This document shows positions 28,831-39,835 of a DNA stretch of 64,000 nucleotides, piece by piece. The notes beneath the pieces were generated by a model. That model was not told where the DNA came from and did not search any database. It saw nothing but the letters and a program-made list of their open reading frames with translations. Position numbers and translations under genes: made by a program. Source of the stretch: Vampirovibrio sp. (GTDB taxonomy: Bacteria; Cyanobacteriota; Vampirovibrionia; Vampirovibrionales; Vampirovibrionaceae); contig DAIDMR010000069.1 in NCBI GenBank assembly GCA_027448865.1, positions 23,931-87,930 on the forward strand. Reading direction: 5' to 3'. Each line of letters starts with the position of its first letter. Within the stretch, counting starts at the first letter, position 1.

Positions 28831-28893
28831 ATTACTGCAAAATTACTACCAAATTACTGCCAATTACCTCTACATACTGTTGCATATATGTAG
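28831..28893. repeat. Four tandem ~10-11-bp direct repeats (AATTACTGC / AATTACTACC / AATTACTGCC / AATTACCTC) followed by the 7-bp inverted repeat CTACATA-n10-TATGTAG
   Basis: Read directly from the sequence. It is located about 200 bp upstream of hipB. Confidence 0.6.
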
Positions 28894-29086
28894 CGCTGAG
28901 TAAGGATTTTGTTGTTACGGATCGATTCCCCTTGTAACGAAACCTTCACAAATGTCAGTAGAGTTTTTTGAAACTGGACCAGGCAAGCAACTCCTACGGT
29001 AATTGAAGTTATAGAGACTACACATCTTGAATAATGGAAACTACGTGTTACACTAAACACAGATAACGGAATATAAAGGTTCCATT

Positions 29087-29425
29087 ATGCCAACTCCGCA
29101 TCGCCCTCCCTTGACCGTTCGCCGAGCACTCAAGCAGCTTGGGGAGGATATCCGCGATGCACGCCGTCGCAGCGGACTACCCGCTGAGGTGGTTGCTGAA
29201 CGGGCTTTTACTAGCCGTCCTACTCTGAGACGAATTGAGGCAGGAGATTACAGTGTAAGCATAGGTATCTATGCATCGGTTCTGCAAGCTTTGGGACTGC
29301 TGGAGGGGCTTGGCGAGTTGGCAAGTCCGTCCAAGGACAAGTTAGGAATGGCGCTGGCTTCTGAGAAATTGCCTCAGCGGGTGCGTATGCGCCGAACTCA
29401 ACGAAATAAGAACGATGAGCAATAA
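29087..29425 (+). CDS. hipB: HipB-like XRE-family HTH antitoxin, 112 aa
   Basis: It has the XRE HTH RRALKQLGEDIRDARRRSGLPAEVVAERAFTSRPTLRRIEAGD. It overlaps the hipA start by 11 bp. Confidence 0.8.
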   Translation: MPTPHRPPLTVRRALKQLGEDIRDARRRSGLPAEVVAERAFTSRPTLRRIEAGDYSVSIGIYASVLQALGLLEGLGELASPSKDKLGMALASEKLPQRVRMRRTQRNKNDEQ

Positions 29426-30662
29426 CATCGAAGTCCATATCGATTTTGCCTGGGGACAAAAACGGGTGGGAACGCTTTATCGTCATCCCCGTAGTGGTGG
29501 AGAAGCCCTCAGCTTCGAGTACCATCAAGATTGGCTGAACGATAAAGCTGCCCGGTTTTCGTTAGAGCCAGCACTCAGGCTAACACCGGGAGCTTTTGCT
29601 CCTACGGGTGGGATGTCCATGTTTGGTTCCATTGGGGATTCGGCTCCGGACACATGGGGCAGACGACTGATGCAGCGAGCCGAAAGACGACTTGCAGAAC
29701 AGGAAGGGCGGGCTATCCGGACCCTGATGGAAGCCGATTACCTGCTGGGTGTCTCAGATATCTCCCGAAGTGGAGCCTTGCGGTTCCGGCAGCTTGGAGA
29801 ACCTGAATTTCAATCACCTAAAGGCGTACCGCAAATGATAGCTTTGGGAGAATTGCTAGGCATTACCGAGCGAATCCTGCGCGATGAGGATACGGCAGAA
29901 GATCTCCAGCTTATCTTTGCGCCGGGATCTTCGCTGGGGGGAGCTCGCCCTAAGGCATCAGTACAAGATGTTCAGGGTCAGCTTGTGGTCGCCAAGTTTC
30001 CGAAGGAAACCGATGATTATAGCCTGGAGACCTGGGAAGTCATCTCCTTGGAGTTGGCCAAACAAGCAGGGTTAAATATACCTCAAACCAGATTGGAAAC
30101 TGTGGCCGGGAAACCGATATTGCTGTCTTATCGCTTTGATCGCTCTGGAAATACAAGAATTCCATTTCTGTCTGCTCTGTCTTTAATGGGCCTGAAAGAT
30201 GGAGAGCGCGGGAGTTATCTAGAAATAGTGGATGTACTTACTCAATATGGGGCGCAATGCAAAACCGATGCTCAGGAGTTGTACCGGCGGATGGTTTTCA
30301 ATGTACTAATTTCCAACGTGGATGATCATCTTCGTAATCATGGGTTTCTTTGGCAAGGACAAGATGGATGGGTACTCTCGCCGGTCTATGACTTGAATCC
30401 AACGCCTGTTGACGTCAGGCCCCGAATTCTGACTACTAATATCAGTCTGGATGAGGCGACTTGCGATATCGAGCTGGCTTTATCAGTTGCCGAATATTTC
30501 AACTTGTCACAGGGCACTGCAAAAACCATTATTCGGGAAGTCGCGGTAGTAACCTCAACTTGGTCTTTAGTGGCCGGGAAATTCGGCCTTCGTTCTGCCG
30601 AAATCAAGCGCATGGAAAGTGCGTTTGAGCATGAGGACCTGAAGAGGGCACTGAAAATTTAA
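29415..30662 (+). CDS. hipA: HipA-family serine/threonine kinase toxin (type II TA), 415 aa
   Basis: It has a HipA N-terminal coupling domain and the catalytic motif NVDDHLRNHGFL (HipA DxHxKN-type). It is of typical length and is preceded by an overlapping hipB-like gene. Confidence 0.9.
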   Translation: MSNNIEVHIDFAWGQKRVGTLYRHPRSGGEALSFEYHQDWLNDKAARFSLEPALRLTPGAFAPTGGMSMFGSIGDSAPDTWGRRLMQRAERRLAEQEGRAIRTLMEADYLLGVSDISRSGALRFRQLGEPEFQSPKGVPQMIALGELLGITERILRDEDTAEDLQLIFAPGSSLGGARPKASVQDVQGQLVVAKFPKETDDYSLETWEVISLELAKQAGLNIPQTRLETVAGKPILLSYRFDRSGNTRIPFLSALSLMGLKDGERGSYLEIVDVLTQYGAQCKTDAQELYRRMVFNVLISNVDDHLRNHGFLWQGQDGWVLSPVYDLNPTPVDVRPRILTTNISLDEATCDIELALSVAEYFNLSQGTAKTIIREVAVVTSTWSLVAGKFGLRSAEIKRMESAFEHEDLKRALKI

Positions 30663-30771
30663 AAGTCGTTCATTGATTCTCCCGCGATTTTCTCATTATC
30701 TTTGGTAGGATTTCCGGGAGGCAGACCAAAATCTTTACTCTCTATCCCTCGTCGATAATAGCGTCAGTCTT

Positions 30772-32148
30772 TTACAACGAAGAAAAGCTGACTCGGATCA
30801 AAGCTCCCAGCCCTTGGCTCCCTTCGTGGATGGTGACTTGTGCTTGATGTGTTTGAGCAATTTCCCGCACAATCGACAAGCCTAGGCCGCTTCCGGGAAT
30901 GTTGGTGCCATTCAATCTATAGAAACGTTCAAACACCTTTTCTTTTTCCGATTCAGGGATTCCGGGACCTGAGTCTTCCACACTTAAAATAATCTGGGAT
31001 TCTTGTGCTAAACGCACTGTCACTCGGCCACCGGTCGGTGTATAGAGAAGCGCATTGTCAACAAGATTGGATAACAGATCACGTAAGTGATTTTCATGCC
31101 CTTTCAGAATGATTGCTGTTTCCGGTCCTTCATATCCAAAGTCAATTTCCTTTTTAAGCGCTTGCGGAACAAAGAAAGTAACTACTTCTTGCGTCAATGC
31201 GGTCAGATCGACTGGTGGAAAATTCTCAATTTCCAATGCGTTCGGTTCGGCCTTCGCCAATGAAAGAAGCTGTTGAGACAGATGGATCGAACGATCCAGA
31301 CTGACTTGCATTTGTTCAAGCGCGTGTTGTTTTAAAGCCGGATCGGATTGACGCAAAGCCACTTCCAATTGCGTTTGAAGACCGGCCAAAGGGGTGCGTA
31401 GCTGATGAGCGGCATTCGCCGTAAAGCGTTTTTGGGACTCAATGTGCCCAGAAACACGTTTCATCAAAGCGTTGATGGTGCCCGTCAACGGCCTTACTTC
31501 CTGCGGAATATATTCGTCTTGGAGGCTTCTTAAATCATTCGGGGTTCTCTTTGCAAGCTCTTGTCTCAGGCGCTCCAATGGAATTAACCCACGTGTCACG
31601 CCCAGCCAGACAAAGATGGTTGCCAGTAAAGCTAAAAATAATTGATGGGCAATGGTTGTGATTAAAACCTGATTTGCCAGGATGGATCGCTCTTTCAAAG
31701 TTTCAGCCAATTGGATCAACATGAACGACTGATGTTGATCATGCTTGAGCGGTATTTTAAGTGTGACAACACGGACAGGCTCACCGTGCATGCGCTTATC
31801 CGAAAAAGCCGGATATTTTGATGTAGGGAGAGGCAGGCCGAGTAGCTCTTCCCCGCCGATGAACTCCCCTTTTGGACCGGTAATCAAGAAATAAACTTTG
31901 TCTTGGGAATTGTGACTATAGGACTCACGGGACAGTTGAGGAGAGGCCAAGGTCCATTGATCATTCTTGTAAACCACATGACCCGCCAAACCTTTGGCGT
32001 TTTCCTCCAATTCCGTATCAAAAGCGATGTCTGCAAAATGGGAAGCCAGATAATAACTGGAAAAAATACTGAGAATAATAATGCAAAGAATCGGAATCAA
32101 CAGCCAGAGCAACAACTGTTTGCGGATGGATTTTTGGCGGCTCTTCAT
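30772..32148 (-). CDS. Two-component sensor histidine kinase (CusS/CzcS-like heavy-metal sensor), 458 aa
   Basis: It has two TM segments flanking a periplasmic domain, HAMP, the HisKA H-box (AAHQLRTPLAGL), and HATPase N/G boxes (NLVDNALLYT, VEDSGPGIP, GSGLGLSIV). It overlaps the response regulator gene by 4 bp. Confidence 0.85.
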   Translation of the reverse strand: MKSRQKSIRKQLLLWLLIPILCIIILSIFSSYYLASHFADIAFDTELEENAKGLAGHVVYKNDQWTLASPQLSRESYSHNSQDKVYFLITGPKGEFIGGEELLGLPLPTSKYPAFSDKRMHGEPVRVVTLKIPLKHDQHQSFMLIQLAETLKERSILANQVLITTIAHQLFLALLATIFVWLGVTRGLIPLERLRQELAKRTPNDLRSLQDEYIPQEVRPLTGTINALMKRVSGHIESQKRFTANAAHQLRTPLAGLQTQLEVALRQSDPALKQHALEQMQVSLDRSIHLSQQLLSLAKAEPNALEIENFPPVDLTALTQEVVTFFVPQALKKEIDFGYEGPETAIILKGHENHLRDLLSNLVDNALLYTPTGGRVTVRLAQESQIILSVEDSGPGIPESEKEKVFERFYRLNGTNIPGSGLGLSIVREIAQTHQAQVTIHEGSQGLGALIRVSFSSL

Positions 32149-32819
32149 AGCTCAGGTGCCACCTCCAAAATATAGCCGATTCCCCGGATGGCGCGAAGTG
32201 AAAGACCATAAGGCTCTAGCTTCCGCCTGACACGGGACAGATAGACTTCAACGGCGTTGGTGGTCAATTCCTCCTGCCAGCCGCACAGGTGTTCAACAAA
32301 TTTAGCTTTACTGACAACCTTCCCCGCATTCATCAGCAGCAATTCCAAAACGTCCGTTTCACGGGAGGAAAGCTCAAGCGGTTGCTGGTTGATGTATACC
32401 CGGCGTCCATTCGTATCAAAACGCATCGCGCCCAGCTTGATTTCGGTTTCGGTGGAAAAATGTCTCCGGCGGATCAAGGCCCTGATTCGTGCTTCCAGTT
32501 CCTGGAGCTTAAAAGGCTTTGTTAAATAGTCATCCGCTCCCAGGTCCAGCCCCTGCACCCGATCTTCCAGGGTATCCCTGGCCGTCAGGATCAGAATCGG
32601 AACGGCGTTCTTCTTGGCCCGGATCTGCTTCAATACTTCTAATCCGTCCTGATCCGGCAAGCCAAGGTCTAGGATTGCCGTGTCGTATTGGGTACAGGAA
32701 AGTAAATGCTCCGCATCAGGCCCGCTTTCGGCATGATCAACCACGTAGCCGCTTTGTCTCAGCGCCTGTATAATGCCATCCGCCAGAACGGTATCATCTT
32801 CTGCCAAAAGAACACGCAC
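32145..32819 (-). CDS. OmpR-family response regulator (CusR/CzcR-like), 224 aa
   Basis: It has a receiver domain (MRVLLAEDD...DLGLPDQDG...K) and a winged-helix output domain. It is divergent from the CBA efflux operon. Confidence 0.9.
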   Translation of the reverse strand: MRVLLAEDDTVLADGIIQALRQSGYVVDHAESGPDAEHLLSCTQYDTAILDLGLPDQDGLEVLKQIRAKKNAVPILILTARDTLEDRVQGLDLGADDYLTKPFKLQELEARIRALIRRRHFSTETEIKLGAMRFDTNGRRVYINQQPLELSSRETDVLELLLMNAGKVVSKAKFVEHLCGWQEELTTNAVEVYLSRVRRKLEPYGLSLRAIRGIGYILEVAPEL

Positions 32820-32854
32820 GAAGAGTTGATTCTCCTCAACAGTTACCTAATGAC

Positions 32855-34420
32855 ATGCTAGCAAAATCCACCCCTTCTCGTCTGTCAAGTTACTGTCAGC
32901 TTCTATCTTTAAGATGGATGAGTCATCGGAATATTGATCCCCAAAATTGGAGTTGTTTCGGGTCCATTATGCAAAACTCAAGGCTCATCCGCATTCTAAA
33001 AATACAGATAGCCATAATCCAGCTTTGTTTGCTGGTTACAGCCATGCCGAGCATTGCAAAGGTTCCAGAGAAAACCTTATCGCCAGCAGAGACGGCCTTG
33101 GAATACGAGAGTAGAAGCTTGAATGATCCGCTCTTCAAGGTATATGTCAAGAAAGTTAAGGGCCAGGAAGCGATCGACTGGTCTCCGAGCGCATGCGACT
33201 TGGAACTTCTGACATTGGCGGCATTTTATTACCATCCGGACTTGGATGTGGCCCGATCCCAGTGGGAAACAACCCTTGGCGGCATTGATAATGCCAGCTC
33301 AAGGCCCAATCCGCTCTTACAGAGCCAAGGACGCTATAGCATCAACCCAGCGCCCGGATTAACCCCTTGGTATCTTCAACTGTTCTCGGGCTTTGTGATT
33401 GAGACGGCAGGAAAGCGGCATCATCGTATTGAACAGGCGAAAGCTTTGTCTGAGGCCAGCCGGGCTCGGATCGGACAATCCGCTTGGCTGGTCAGAAGCC
33501 GGTTACGGAGTAGTCTTGTCAATTATCTCAGCGCATTGGAGCGATTGCAGGTCTTACAGGCGCAACAGCATTATCAACAAGATGTCCTGAAGGGCATTCA
33601 ACATCGGGTAGCTGTTGGAGAATCCTCTCCCCTGGAAGCCACGCAGACACAAATACTCTTGGAGCAAATCCAGCTTCAGATCCAGGAGGCGGAACGGCAG
33701 CGCCGGGAAAATCTGGCGTTAGTCGCCCAGGCCGTTGGGATTCCAGTGGATGCCATGAGTGAATTGCCCTTGACCACAAGCTGGTTTGATTATCGGCAAC
33801 CATTATCCGATGTTTCCCGTATGGCCTTGCGTCGAGAGGCGCTTTTGGGACGAGCGGATATTCTAGCCTTGATGCAAGAGTATCAGGCCAGTCATGAGGC
33901 GTTAAAGCTGGCGATCAGTCAACGCTATCCAGATGTCCGTATCGGCCCCGGCTTCCTGTGGAACCAGGGACAAAAGTTCTGGGCGCTCCCGTTGGATCTG
34001 GCTTTCCCGACGCACCTTAGTACCAAGGGAGCCGTTAAAGAGGCATTGGCACGGCGTAGTGAAGTGGCTGCAAGGTTTACTGCCCTACAAGCCCAAGTCA
34101 TCGCGGAGGTAGACCGGGGCTACACGACCTACGAAGGGGCTCTTAAAAAAGTTTCTGCGGCGGATAGCTTGCTCAGTCAACAAGAACGCCGAAGGCAGAT
34201 TCTTCAAAGACAGCTAGAAGTAGGAGAAGTAGATCGCCTAGCTTTGCGGCTGGCAGAAATAGAATTACAGACGGCCAAACTTAACCAGCTTGACGCTTTG
34301 ACTCAAGCACAACAAGCGCTAGGATTGCTGGAAGATTCGATTCAACGACCACTGACTTCGGTTCGCTCCTCACTGGAAGATTTACAAGCTATTCCCCGTT
34401 TAGGACAAACAGCACCATGA
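32855..34420 (+). CDS. Heavy-metal RND efflux outer membrane factor (CusC/CzcC family); real start likely ATG at 32969
   Basis: It is an OMF-type protein and the first of three translationally coupled genes (stop/start overlaps at 34417-34420 and 35598-35601). The N-terminal 38 codons of the longest ORF lack signal-peptide character, whereas M39 (MQNSRLIRILKIQIAIIQLCLLVTAMPSIA) starts a signal peptide. Confidence 0.8.
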   Translation: MLAKSTPSRLSSYCQLLSLRWMSHRNIDPQNWSCFGSIMQNSRLIRILKIQIAIIQLCLLVTAMPSIAKVPEKTLSPAETALEYESRSLNDPLFKVYVKKVKGQEAIDWSPSACDLELLTLAAFYYHPDLDVARSQWETTLGGIDNASSRPNPLLQSQGRYSINPAPGLTPWYLQLFSGFVIETAGKRHHRIEQAKALSEASRARIGQSAWLVRSRLRSSLVNYLSALERLQVLQAQQHYQQDVLKGIQHRVAVGESSPLEATQTQILLEQIQLQIQEAERQRRENLALVAQAVGIPVDAMSELPLTTSWFDYRQPLSDVSRMALRREALLGRADILALMQEYQASHEALKLAISQRYPDVRIGPGFLWNQGQKFWALPLDLAFPTHLSTKGAVKEALARRSEVAARFTALQAQVIAEVDRGYTTYEGALKKVSAADSLLSQQERRRQILQRQLEVGEVDRLALRLAEIELQTAKLNQLDALTQAQQALGLLEDSIQRPLTSVRSSLEDLQAIPRLGQTAP

Positions 34421-35601
34421 AAAAAACCGTATCAGTTCTGCTCATGTTTATCATCGCCACAAGCCTAACTGGCTGCCACAGTGGTTCTTCAGACTCCCAT
34501 AAAACACCTTCTCCCGCTGAAGTCAAAAACCCTGTACCAGAGAACCAGCTTACGACCATCACGCTAACCGCCCAAGCTGAAAAAAGGCTGGGGATTAAAA
34601 CCACAACGATACAGAGCCAAAACATTTCCAAGTCGCTCACCCAACACGGAGAAGTGCTGGCGATTCCTGGCTTTACAGTAGCCGTTACGGCTCCTTTTGC
34701 GGGAAAACTGACCGGAAACACGCTGGTTGCAGGTCGTACCGTCCATAAAGGACAAACAATTTTTAGTTTGGTTGCATTGCCTAATGACACGAGCGGCTTA
34801 GGGGCGCAACAGGAAGTCACTGTTCGCCAAAAACAATTGGATGCAGCCCAAGCCCAGGTGAACCGCTATCAGCAACTCGTTCAAGATCAGAGCGCCAGTC
34901 AAAGATTATTGCAGGAATCCCAAGTGGCGCTTCAAAACGCGCAGGCCGCTTTAAATGCGGCTCAATCACGGCAGCGTTTTTTAAATGGACATATTACCCA
35001 TTCAGACGCTCCCCAGCTTTCGGTCATGGGTATTAAAGCGCCATTAACCGGGATGGTTCAAAAGATTTATGTCACGCCCAATCAGATTGTCGCGGGGGGC
35101 ACACCCTTGTTTGAGGTCAGCAGCCTGAACCCGGTTTGGATCAGGGTGCCCGTTTATGCAGGTGATTTGTCAAGCGTCAGCAGTTCTCAAACCGCATTGG
35201 TACAGCCGTTGGGCGAAAATGCGGGCAGTGGTTCCAGAGTGGCCCGTTTCGTTCCGGGACCACCTACAGCGAATCCCCAAGCCATTTCAACCGATTTGTT
35301 CTATGAGTTATCCAATAGCGATAATGCCTTTCAAGTCGGTCAAAAAGTCAGTGTCACTTTAACCCAAAAGGGAAGCCAGTCCGGCCTGACGATTCCGTTT
35401 TCCGCTGTTGTCTATGATATTGACGGCGGAACTTGGATATACCGGCAGGCGGCACCACACACGTATGCCCGAAAACGTGTTTTGGTCAGCCGTGTTATGG
35501 GAGACAAAGCCATTCTGGCACACGGTATTGAGCCGGAATCAAAAATTGTCTACAGCGGTGCGGCTGAACTCTTCGGCACCGAGTTTGGAGTTGGAAAATG
35601 A
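34417..35601 (+). CDS. Heavy-metal efflux RND periplasmic adaptor (CusB/CzcB family), 394 aa
   Basis: It has the lipoprotein-type signal TGCHSGS and MFP barrel-sandwich/lipoyl/beta-barrel architecture. It lies between the OMF and the CzcA/CusA-like pump. Confidence 0.8.
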   Translation: MKKTVSVLLMFIIATSLTGCHSGSSDSHKTPSPAEVKNPVPENQLTTITLTAQAEKRLGIKTTTIQSQNISKSLTQHGEVLAIPGFTVAVTAPFAGKLTGNTLVAGRTVHKGQTIFSLVALPNDTSGLGAQQEVTVRQKQLDAAQAQVNRYQQLVQDQSASQRLLQESQVALQNAQAALNAAQSRQRFLNGHITHSDAPQLSVMGIKAPLTGMVQKIYVTPNQIVAGGTPLFEVSSLNPVWIRVPVYAGDLSSVSSSQTALVQPLGENAGSGSRVARFVPGPPTANPQAISTDLFYELSNSDNAFQVGQKVSVTLTQKGSQSGLTIPFSAVVYDIDGGTWIYRQAAPHTYARKRVLVSRVMGDKAILAHGIEPESKIVYSGAAELFGTEFGVGK

Positions 35602-38600
35602 TCCGCTGGCTGATTCAAACCTCTCTGCAATTGCGGATTGCCGTCGTTGCAATCACGGTGATTCTCATGTTTTTGGGCAGCCGTACTTTGATGGAATCCA
35701 CCGCTTTTGACGTGTTCCCGGAGTTTGCGCCGCTACTGGTTGAAGTGCAGACGGAAGCACAAGGACTTTCCACCACGGACGTAGAATCACTGATTACAGT
35801 ACCGATTGAAAATGCGCTCAGCGGAGTTGCCAAGCTGGATAAGATCCGCTCCAAATCGGTTTTGGGGCTATCGTCCGTAGTTCTTTATTTCCAGAAAGAT
35901 GCGAACCTAACCCAAGTCCGTCAATTGGTTCAGGAGCGTTTGACCCATCTTTCTGCCACGTTGCCCGTTGCCGCCAAGCCGCCGGTCATCCTATCGCCGT
36001 TATCCTCCACCAGCCGAGTCTTGAAAATCGGTATCTCTTCCAAAACCATGTCTCAGGTAGACATGACCACGCTGGCAAAGTGGACAATCCGGCCCCGGTT
36101 GATGGCCGTTCCGGGCGTGGCGAACGTAGCGATTTGGGGACAACGGGACCGGCAGTTTCAAATTCAGATTGATCCGGAGCGATTGAGAACGCACGGTGTC
36201 AGCGTCGATCAAATCGTGAAAGCGAGCCAGGACGCCTTGAGAATTGAGGGAGGCGGGTTTATTGATACACCGAACCAACGGCTTTCCGTTTCCCACATGA
36301 TGAACCTGAAATCAGCCCAGGATTTGGCAAAAATCCCAGTCGGTCTCAACAACGGTGTTCCTCTGAACCTGGATCGAGTGGCAACACTGACAGAGGGGTT
36401 TCCCCCGCCGATTGGGGATGCGGTGGTGAATCACGGGCCGGGACTTTTGCTCATTGTGGAAAAGCAGCCGTGGGGCAATACCCTGGAAGTGACTCATAAG
36501 GTGGAAGAGGCCCTGGATTCGCTCCGCCCTGGTTTGAAAGGACTGGAAATTGATTCCTCCATTTTCAGACCCGCCACGTTTATTGAAATGTCCTTGCACA
36601 ACCTGAACCATGCCATGTTGCTGGGATGCCTGCTTGTCATTCTAGTGCTGGCCTTTTTCCTGAACAACTGGCGAACCGCGCTAATTAGCGTTTTGGCGAT
36701 TCCAACATCTTTGCTGGTTGCGGCGCTTGTTCTTCAGTATCAAGGCGGGACATTGAACACAATGGTATTGGCCGGGCTGATTATCGCGCTCGGCGAAGTG
36801 GTGGATGACGCCATTATTGACGTGGAAAACATCATGCGGCGTCTGAAGCTGAACAAGGTGAGCGAGAACCCACAATCTGCCTTCATGGTTGTTATGAATG
36901 CTTCTCTTGAAGTCCGGAGCGCCGTTGTTTATGGCAGCGTGATCGTGGCCCTGGTATTGCTTCCCGTCTTGATGCTGGAAGGGGTGTCAGGGTCCTTCTT
37001 CAGGCCATTGGCTTTGTCTTATATGACCGCCATCATTGCTTCCCTGTTTGTGGCGTTGACACTGACACCCGCCTTGGCATTGCTGTTGCTCCCGAAGTCG
37101 GCGGGCGAGCAAAAGGAACCGCCTTTAGTGAATTGGCTCAAGCCTCGTTATGAAAAACACTTAACCCGATTGCTGGATCGCAAAAAGCAGGTCACAGGCA
37201 TCATGACGGCTACCATCATGACGGGGCTTTTGGCCTTGCCTTTTCTGGGAGAGGAGTTTTTGCCCCACTTCAAGGAATACGATTTCCTGATGCACTGGGT
37301 TGAAAAGCCGGGAACATCCATTGATGCCATGCGACGGATTACGATCCAAGTCAGCGATGAGTTGTTGGCAATACCGGGTGTCCGCAATTTCGGGGCACAT
37401 ATCGGACGGGCGGAAGTGGCTGATGAAGTAGTCGGCCCCAACTTTACTGAATTGTGGGTGAGCCTGGACCCAAAGGTGCCGTATGAAGCCACCGTAGCCA
37501 AAATCCAGAATGTGATTGACGGCTATCCGGGGCTATATCGGGATGTATTGACCTACCTGCGGGAACGTATCAAAGAGGTTTTGACGGGTTCCAGTGCAAC
37601 GCTTGTTGTCAGAATTTACGGGGATAACCTGGATGTTCTTCGGGACAAAGCCCAAGAAGTCTATGCCGCGATGAAACCCGTTAAAGGCGTGGTGGATCTG
37701 AAGGTTCAGCCGCAAGTCATGGTACCGCAAGTCGAGGTGCATGTCCGAAACGAAGCGGCTTCCCAATTCGGCATCACCCCCGGCGATATCCGCCGAACCG
37801 CCGGTATTTTCCTCAAGGGGATCAAAGTCGGCGAGTTTCATGAAGACCAGAATTCATTCGATATTGTGGTGACGGGTACACCGTCCATGCGTCAAGATTT
37901 ATCGGCCTTGCGGCAAGTTCTAATCACGACGCCCACCGGGGAAACCGTTCCCCTGAGAGACGTGGCGGATGTCATCATTGCCCCAACGCCCAACTTGATT
38001 TCAAGGGAAATGGCTTCCCGTTATACCGAAGTAACGTGCAACGTCGCCGGGCGGGATCTGGGAGGCGTGGCCCGTGACATTGAACAAAAGCTCAAGTCCG
38101 TCCCATTCGATAAAGGATACCATCCGGAATTGTTGGGCGAATATGCCGCACAGCAGGCTTCCAAAGACCGGCTCATGCTCTTTTCCTTCATCTCCCTGAT
38201 TGGCATCATGATCATTCTGCATGCCGACTTCCGTTCAATTCGCTTAACGCTTTTGATTCTGCTCAGTCTCCCCTTTGCATTGTTTGGCGGGTTAGTCGGC
38301 GTGATTCTGACCGGAGGGGTTTTGTCCTTGGGATCATTGATCGGGTTTGTCACGGTTTTGGGCATTGCCGCCCGGAACAGCATCATGCTCATCAGCCACT
38401 ACCGGCATCTTCAGCTAGAAGAGGGAAAACCGTTTGATGCCGCCATGATTATTCAGGGGGCCAAGGAACGGCTTTCACCTATTTTGATGACCGCATTAGC
38501 CGCCATGCTGGCCCTGTTACCACTGGTTTTCGGTGGTGAGAAGCCGGGACAAGAAATCGAACACCCAATGGCAATCGTGATTGTTGGCGGCTTGATCAGT

Positions 38601-38678
38601 TCAACGATCTTGAACTTGTTTATCCTTCCGGTCATGTATAGCCTTTTCGGTCAGCCGGAAGCGTGTGAAGCTGCATGA
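35598..38678 (+). CDS. Heavy-metal efflux RND pump (HME family, CusA/CzcA-like), 1026 aa
   Basis: It has a 12-TM RND architecture. The TM4 segment [19 protein letters not shown] is HME-RND type and the length matches CusA/CzcA. An adjacent cusRS-like two-component system is present. Confidence 0.9.
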   Translation: MIRWLIQTSLQLRIAVVAITVILMFLGSRTLMESTAFDVFPEFAPLLVEVQTEAQGLSTTDVESLITVPIENALSGVAKLDKIRSKSVLGLSSVVLYFQKDANLTQVRQLVQERLTHLSATLPVAAKPPVILSPLSSTSRVLKIGISSKTMSQVDMTTLAKWTIRPRLMAVPGVANVAIWGQRDRQFQIQIDPERLRTHGVSVDQIVKASQDALRIEGGGFIDTPNQRLSVSHMMNLKSAQDLAKIPVGLNNGVPLNLDRVATLTEGFPPPIGDAVVNHGPGLLLIVEKQPWGNTLEVTHKVEEALDSLRPGLKGLEIDSSIFRPATFIEMSLHNLNHAMLLGCLLVILVLAFFLNNWRTALISVLAIPTSLLVAALVLQYQGGTLNTMVLAGLIIALGEVVDDAIIDVENIMRRLKLNKVSENPQSAFMVVMNASLEVRSAVVYGSVIVALVLLPVLMLEGVSGSFFRPLALSYMTAIIASLFVALTLTPALALLLLPKSAGEQKEPPLVNWLKPRYEKHLTRLLDRKKQVTGIMTATIMTGLLALPFLGEEFLPHFKEYDFLMHWVEKPGTSIDAMRRITIQVSDELLAIPGVRNFGAHIGRAEVADEVVGPNFTELWVSLDPKVPYEATVAKIQNVIDGYPGLYRDVLTYLRERIKEVLTGSSATLVVRIYGDNLDVLRDKAQEVYAAMKPVKGVVDLKVQPQVMVPQVEVHVRNEAASQFGITPGDIRRTAGIFLKGIKVGEFHEDQNSFDIVVTGTPSMRQDLSALRQVLITTPTGETVPLRDVADVIIAPTPNLISREMASRYTEVTCNVAGRDLGGVARDIEQKLKSVPFDKGYHPELLGEYAAQQASKDRLMLFSFISLIGIMIILHADFRSIRLTLLILLSLPFALFGGLVGVILTGGVLSLGSLIGFVTVLGIAARNSIMLISHYRHLQLEEGKPFDAAMIIQGAKERLSPILMTALAAMLALLPLVFGGEKPGQEIEHPMAIVIVGGLISSTILNLFILPVMYSLFGQPEACEAA

Positions 38679-39367
38679 TATTGAAAGCCATTATTCTGCG
38701 GGTTTTGTATTTACTGATTGCCTGGGTAAAATCGCGTTACTTTTTCAATACAACCGTATTGATAGTTGCACTCTACAAGTTCCTGGATATTGCCTGGAAT
38801 GTACTGACTAAAGACAAAATCACAATTTACGATGAAATTATCGTGCAGTTTATCAATAAGCTTGCCAGCCCGTCATTTACAGAAGGCGTAGTGTTCATTA
38901 CCAATTTTGGGGGTATGAATATCCTATCGGTTCTTTTGCTGGTTGCAGTAAGCCTTTTGTTGGTTCGGAGGCTTTGGACAGAGGCAATCTTGGTTACAAG
39001 CTCAACACTCGGAGGGACTATCCTCATGTTTGCCTTAAAAAACTTTTTCCATCGGGCAAGACCTGTTGTGGGAACACCCATCATCCGCGAAACAGGTTAT
39101 AGCTTTCCATCTGGTCATACCACAATCTCGATGTGCTTCTATGGAATCCTTCTTTATCTGGTTTTTAGATACTGTAAGCCACTTTGGTTAAAGTACCTAT
39201 TGAGCCTTGCATTGGCCTGTCTGATCGGGATGGTCGGCCTGAGCAGGGTTTACCTTGGGGTACACTATCCTTCCGATGTCTTGGGTGGGTTTCTTTTGGG
39301 TCTCTTTTGGCTCAGTCTCTGCATTTTTGTTTATCAATTATCGTTGGTCAGAGCAGATCATTCATAG
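38675..39367 (+). CDS. PAP2-family membrane phosphatase (undecaprenyl-PP / lipid phosphatase-like), 230 aa
   Basis: It has the PAP2 motifs [16 protein letters not shown], and [13 protein letters not shown]. It overlaps the pump stop by 4 bp. Confidence 0.8.
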   Translation: MILKAIILRVLYLLIAWVKSRYFFNTTVLIVALYKFLDIAWNVLTKDKITIYDEIIVQFINKLASPSFTEGVVFITNFGGMNILSVLLLVAVSLLLVRRLWTEAILVTSSTLGGTILMFALKNFFHRARPVVGTPIIRETGYSFPSGHTTISMCFYGILLYLVFRYCKPLWLKYLLSLALACLIGMVGLSRVYLGVHYPSDVLGGFLLGLFWLSLCIFVYQLSLVRADHS

Positions 39368-39835
39368 CCTGGAGGCTTCCAAAATAAAAGAATTTTGTTT
39401 GCAAGAGTTCGTCTTCAGTCTGCAATACTATCTGTATTTGTTACTATCGTGGTGGAAATGGAACAATTGCTCCAAGCTTGAAAGCTCAAAATTAATCAGT
39501 GTTTTCAAGATGTTATGGACCTACTGTTCAATGGTTAGAGTGGTGGACTCATAATCATGCGCTCTACCAACTCCAAAACTGGTTTGTATATTTCTGTATC
39601 TACGGCGATTTTTGCCGCAAAAATGGGCAGTCTTAAACTTCCGAAAATGGCCTTTTAGTAATTCTGACGGAACGTTGAAAATCGATCAAGCGAGTCGAAA
39701 AACGTTAAATACAGAAAAAAATCAATAAAATTTAAACATGGTATACCCAAAGCTTGGAATTATTTGAAGGGGTGAATGGGTGGGCAATATTTCCTGTGTC
39801 TGGTGATTGGGGGTATGTTCAGACTGCAACACCTC

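Noticed and set aside
28656-28937. 93-aa ORF in the hipB upstream region
   Set aside because: It overlaps the tandem-repeat and inverted-repeat region. It has a low-complexity, odd composition and no RBS or start context, so the region is more likely regulatory and non-coding.
29033-29086. 7-bp inverted repeat AATGGAA / TTCCATT bracketing the hipB RBS with a 40-bp spacer
   Set aside because: The spacer is far longer than known HipB operator half-site spacing, and the second arm coincides with the Shine-Dalgarno region and start codon. It is probably coincidental, and is mentioned only under the hipB upstream finding.
39368-39835. AT-rich 470-bp intergenic region between the PAP2 gene and abiEii, checked for tRNA, att or integrase remnants
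   Set aside because: No cloverleaf-compatible sequence, integrase-like frame or direct repeat with other parts of the window was found. It may still be a module junction, but the sequence alone gives no evidence.
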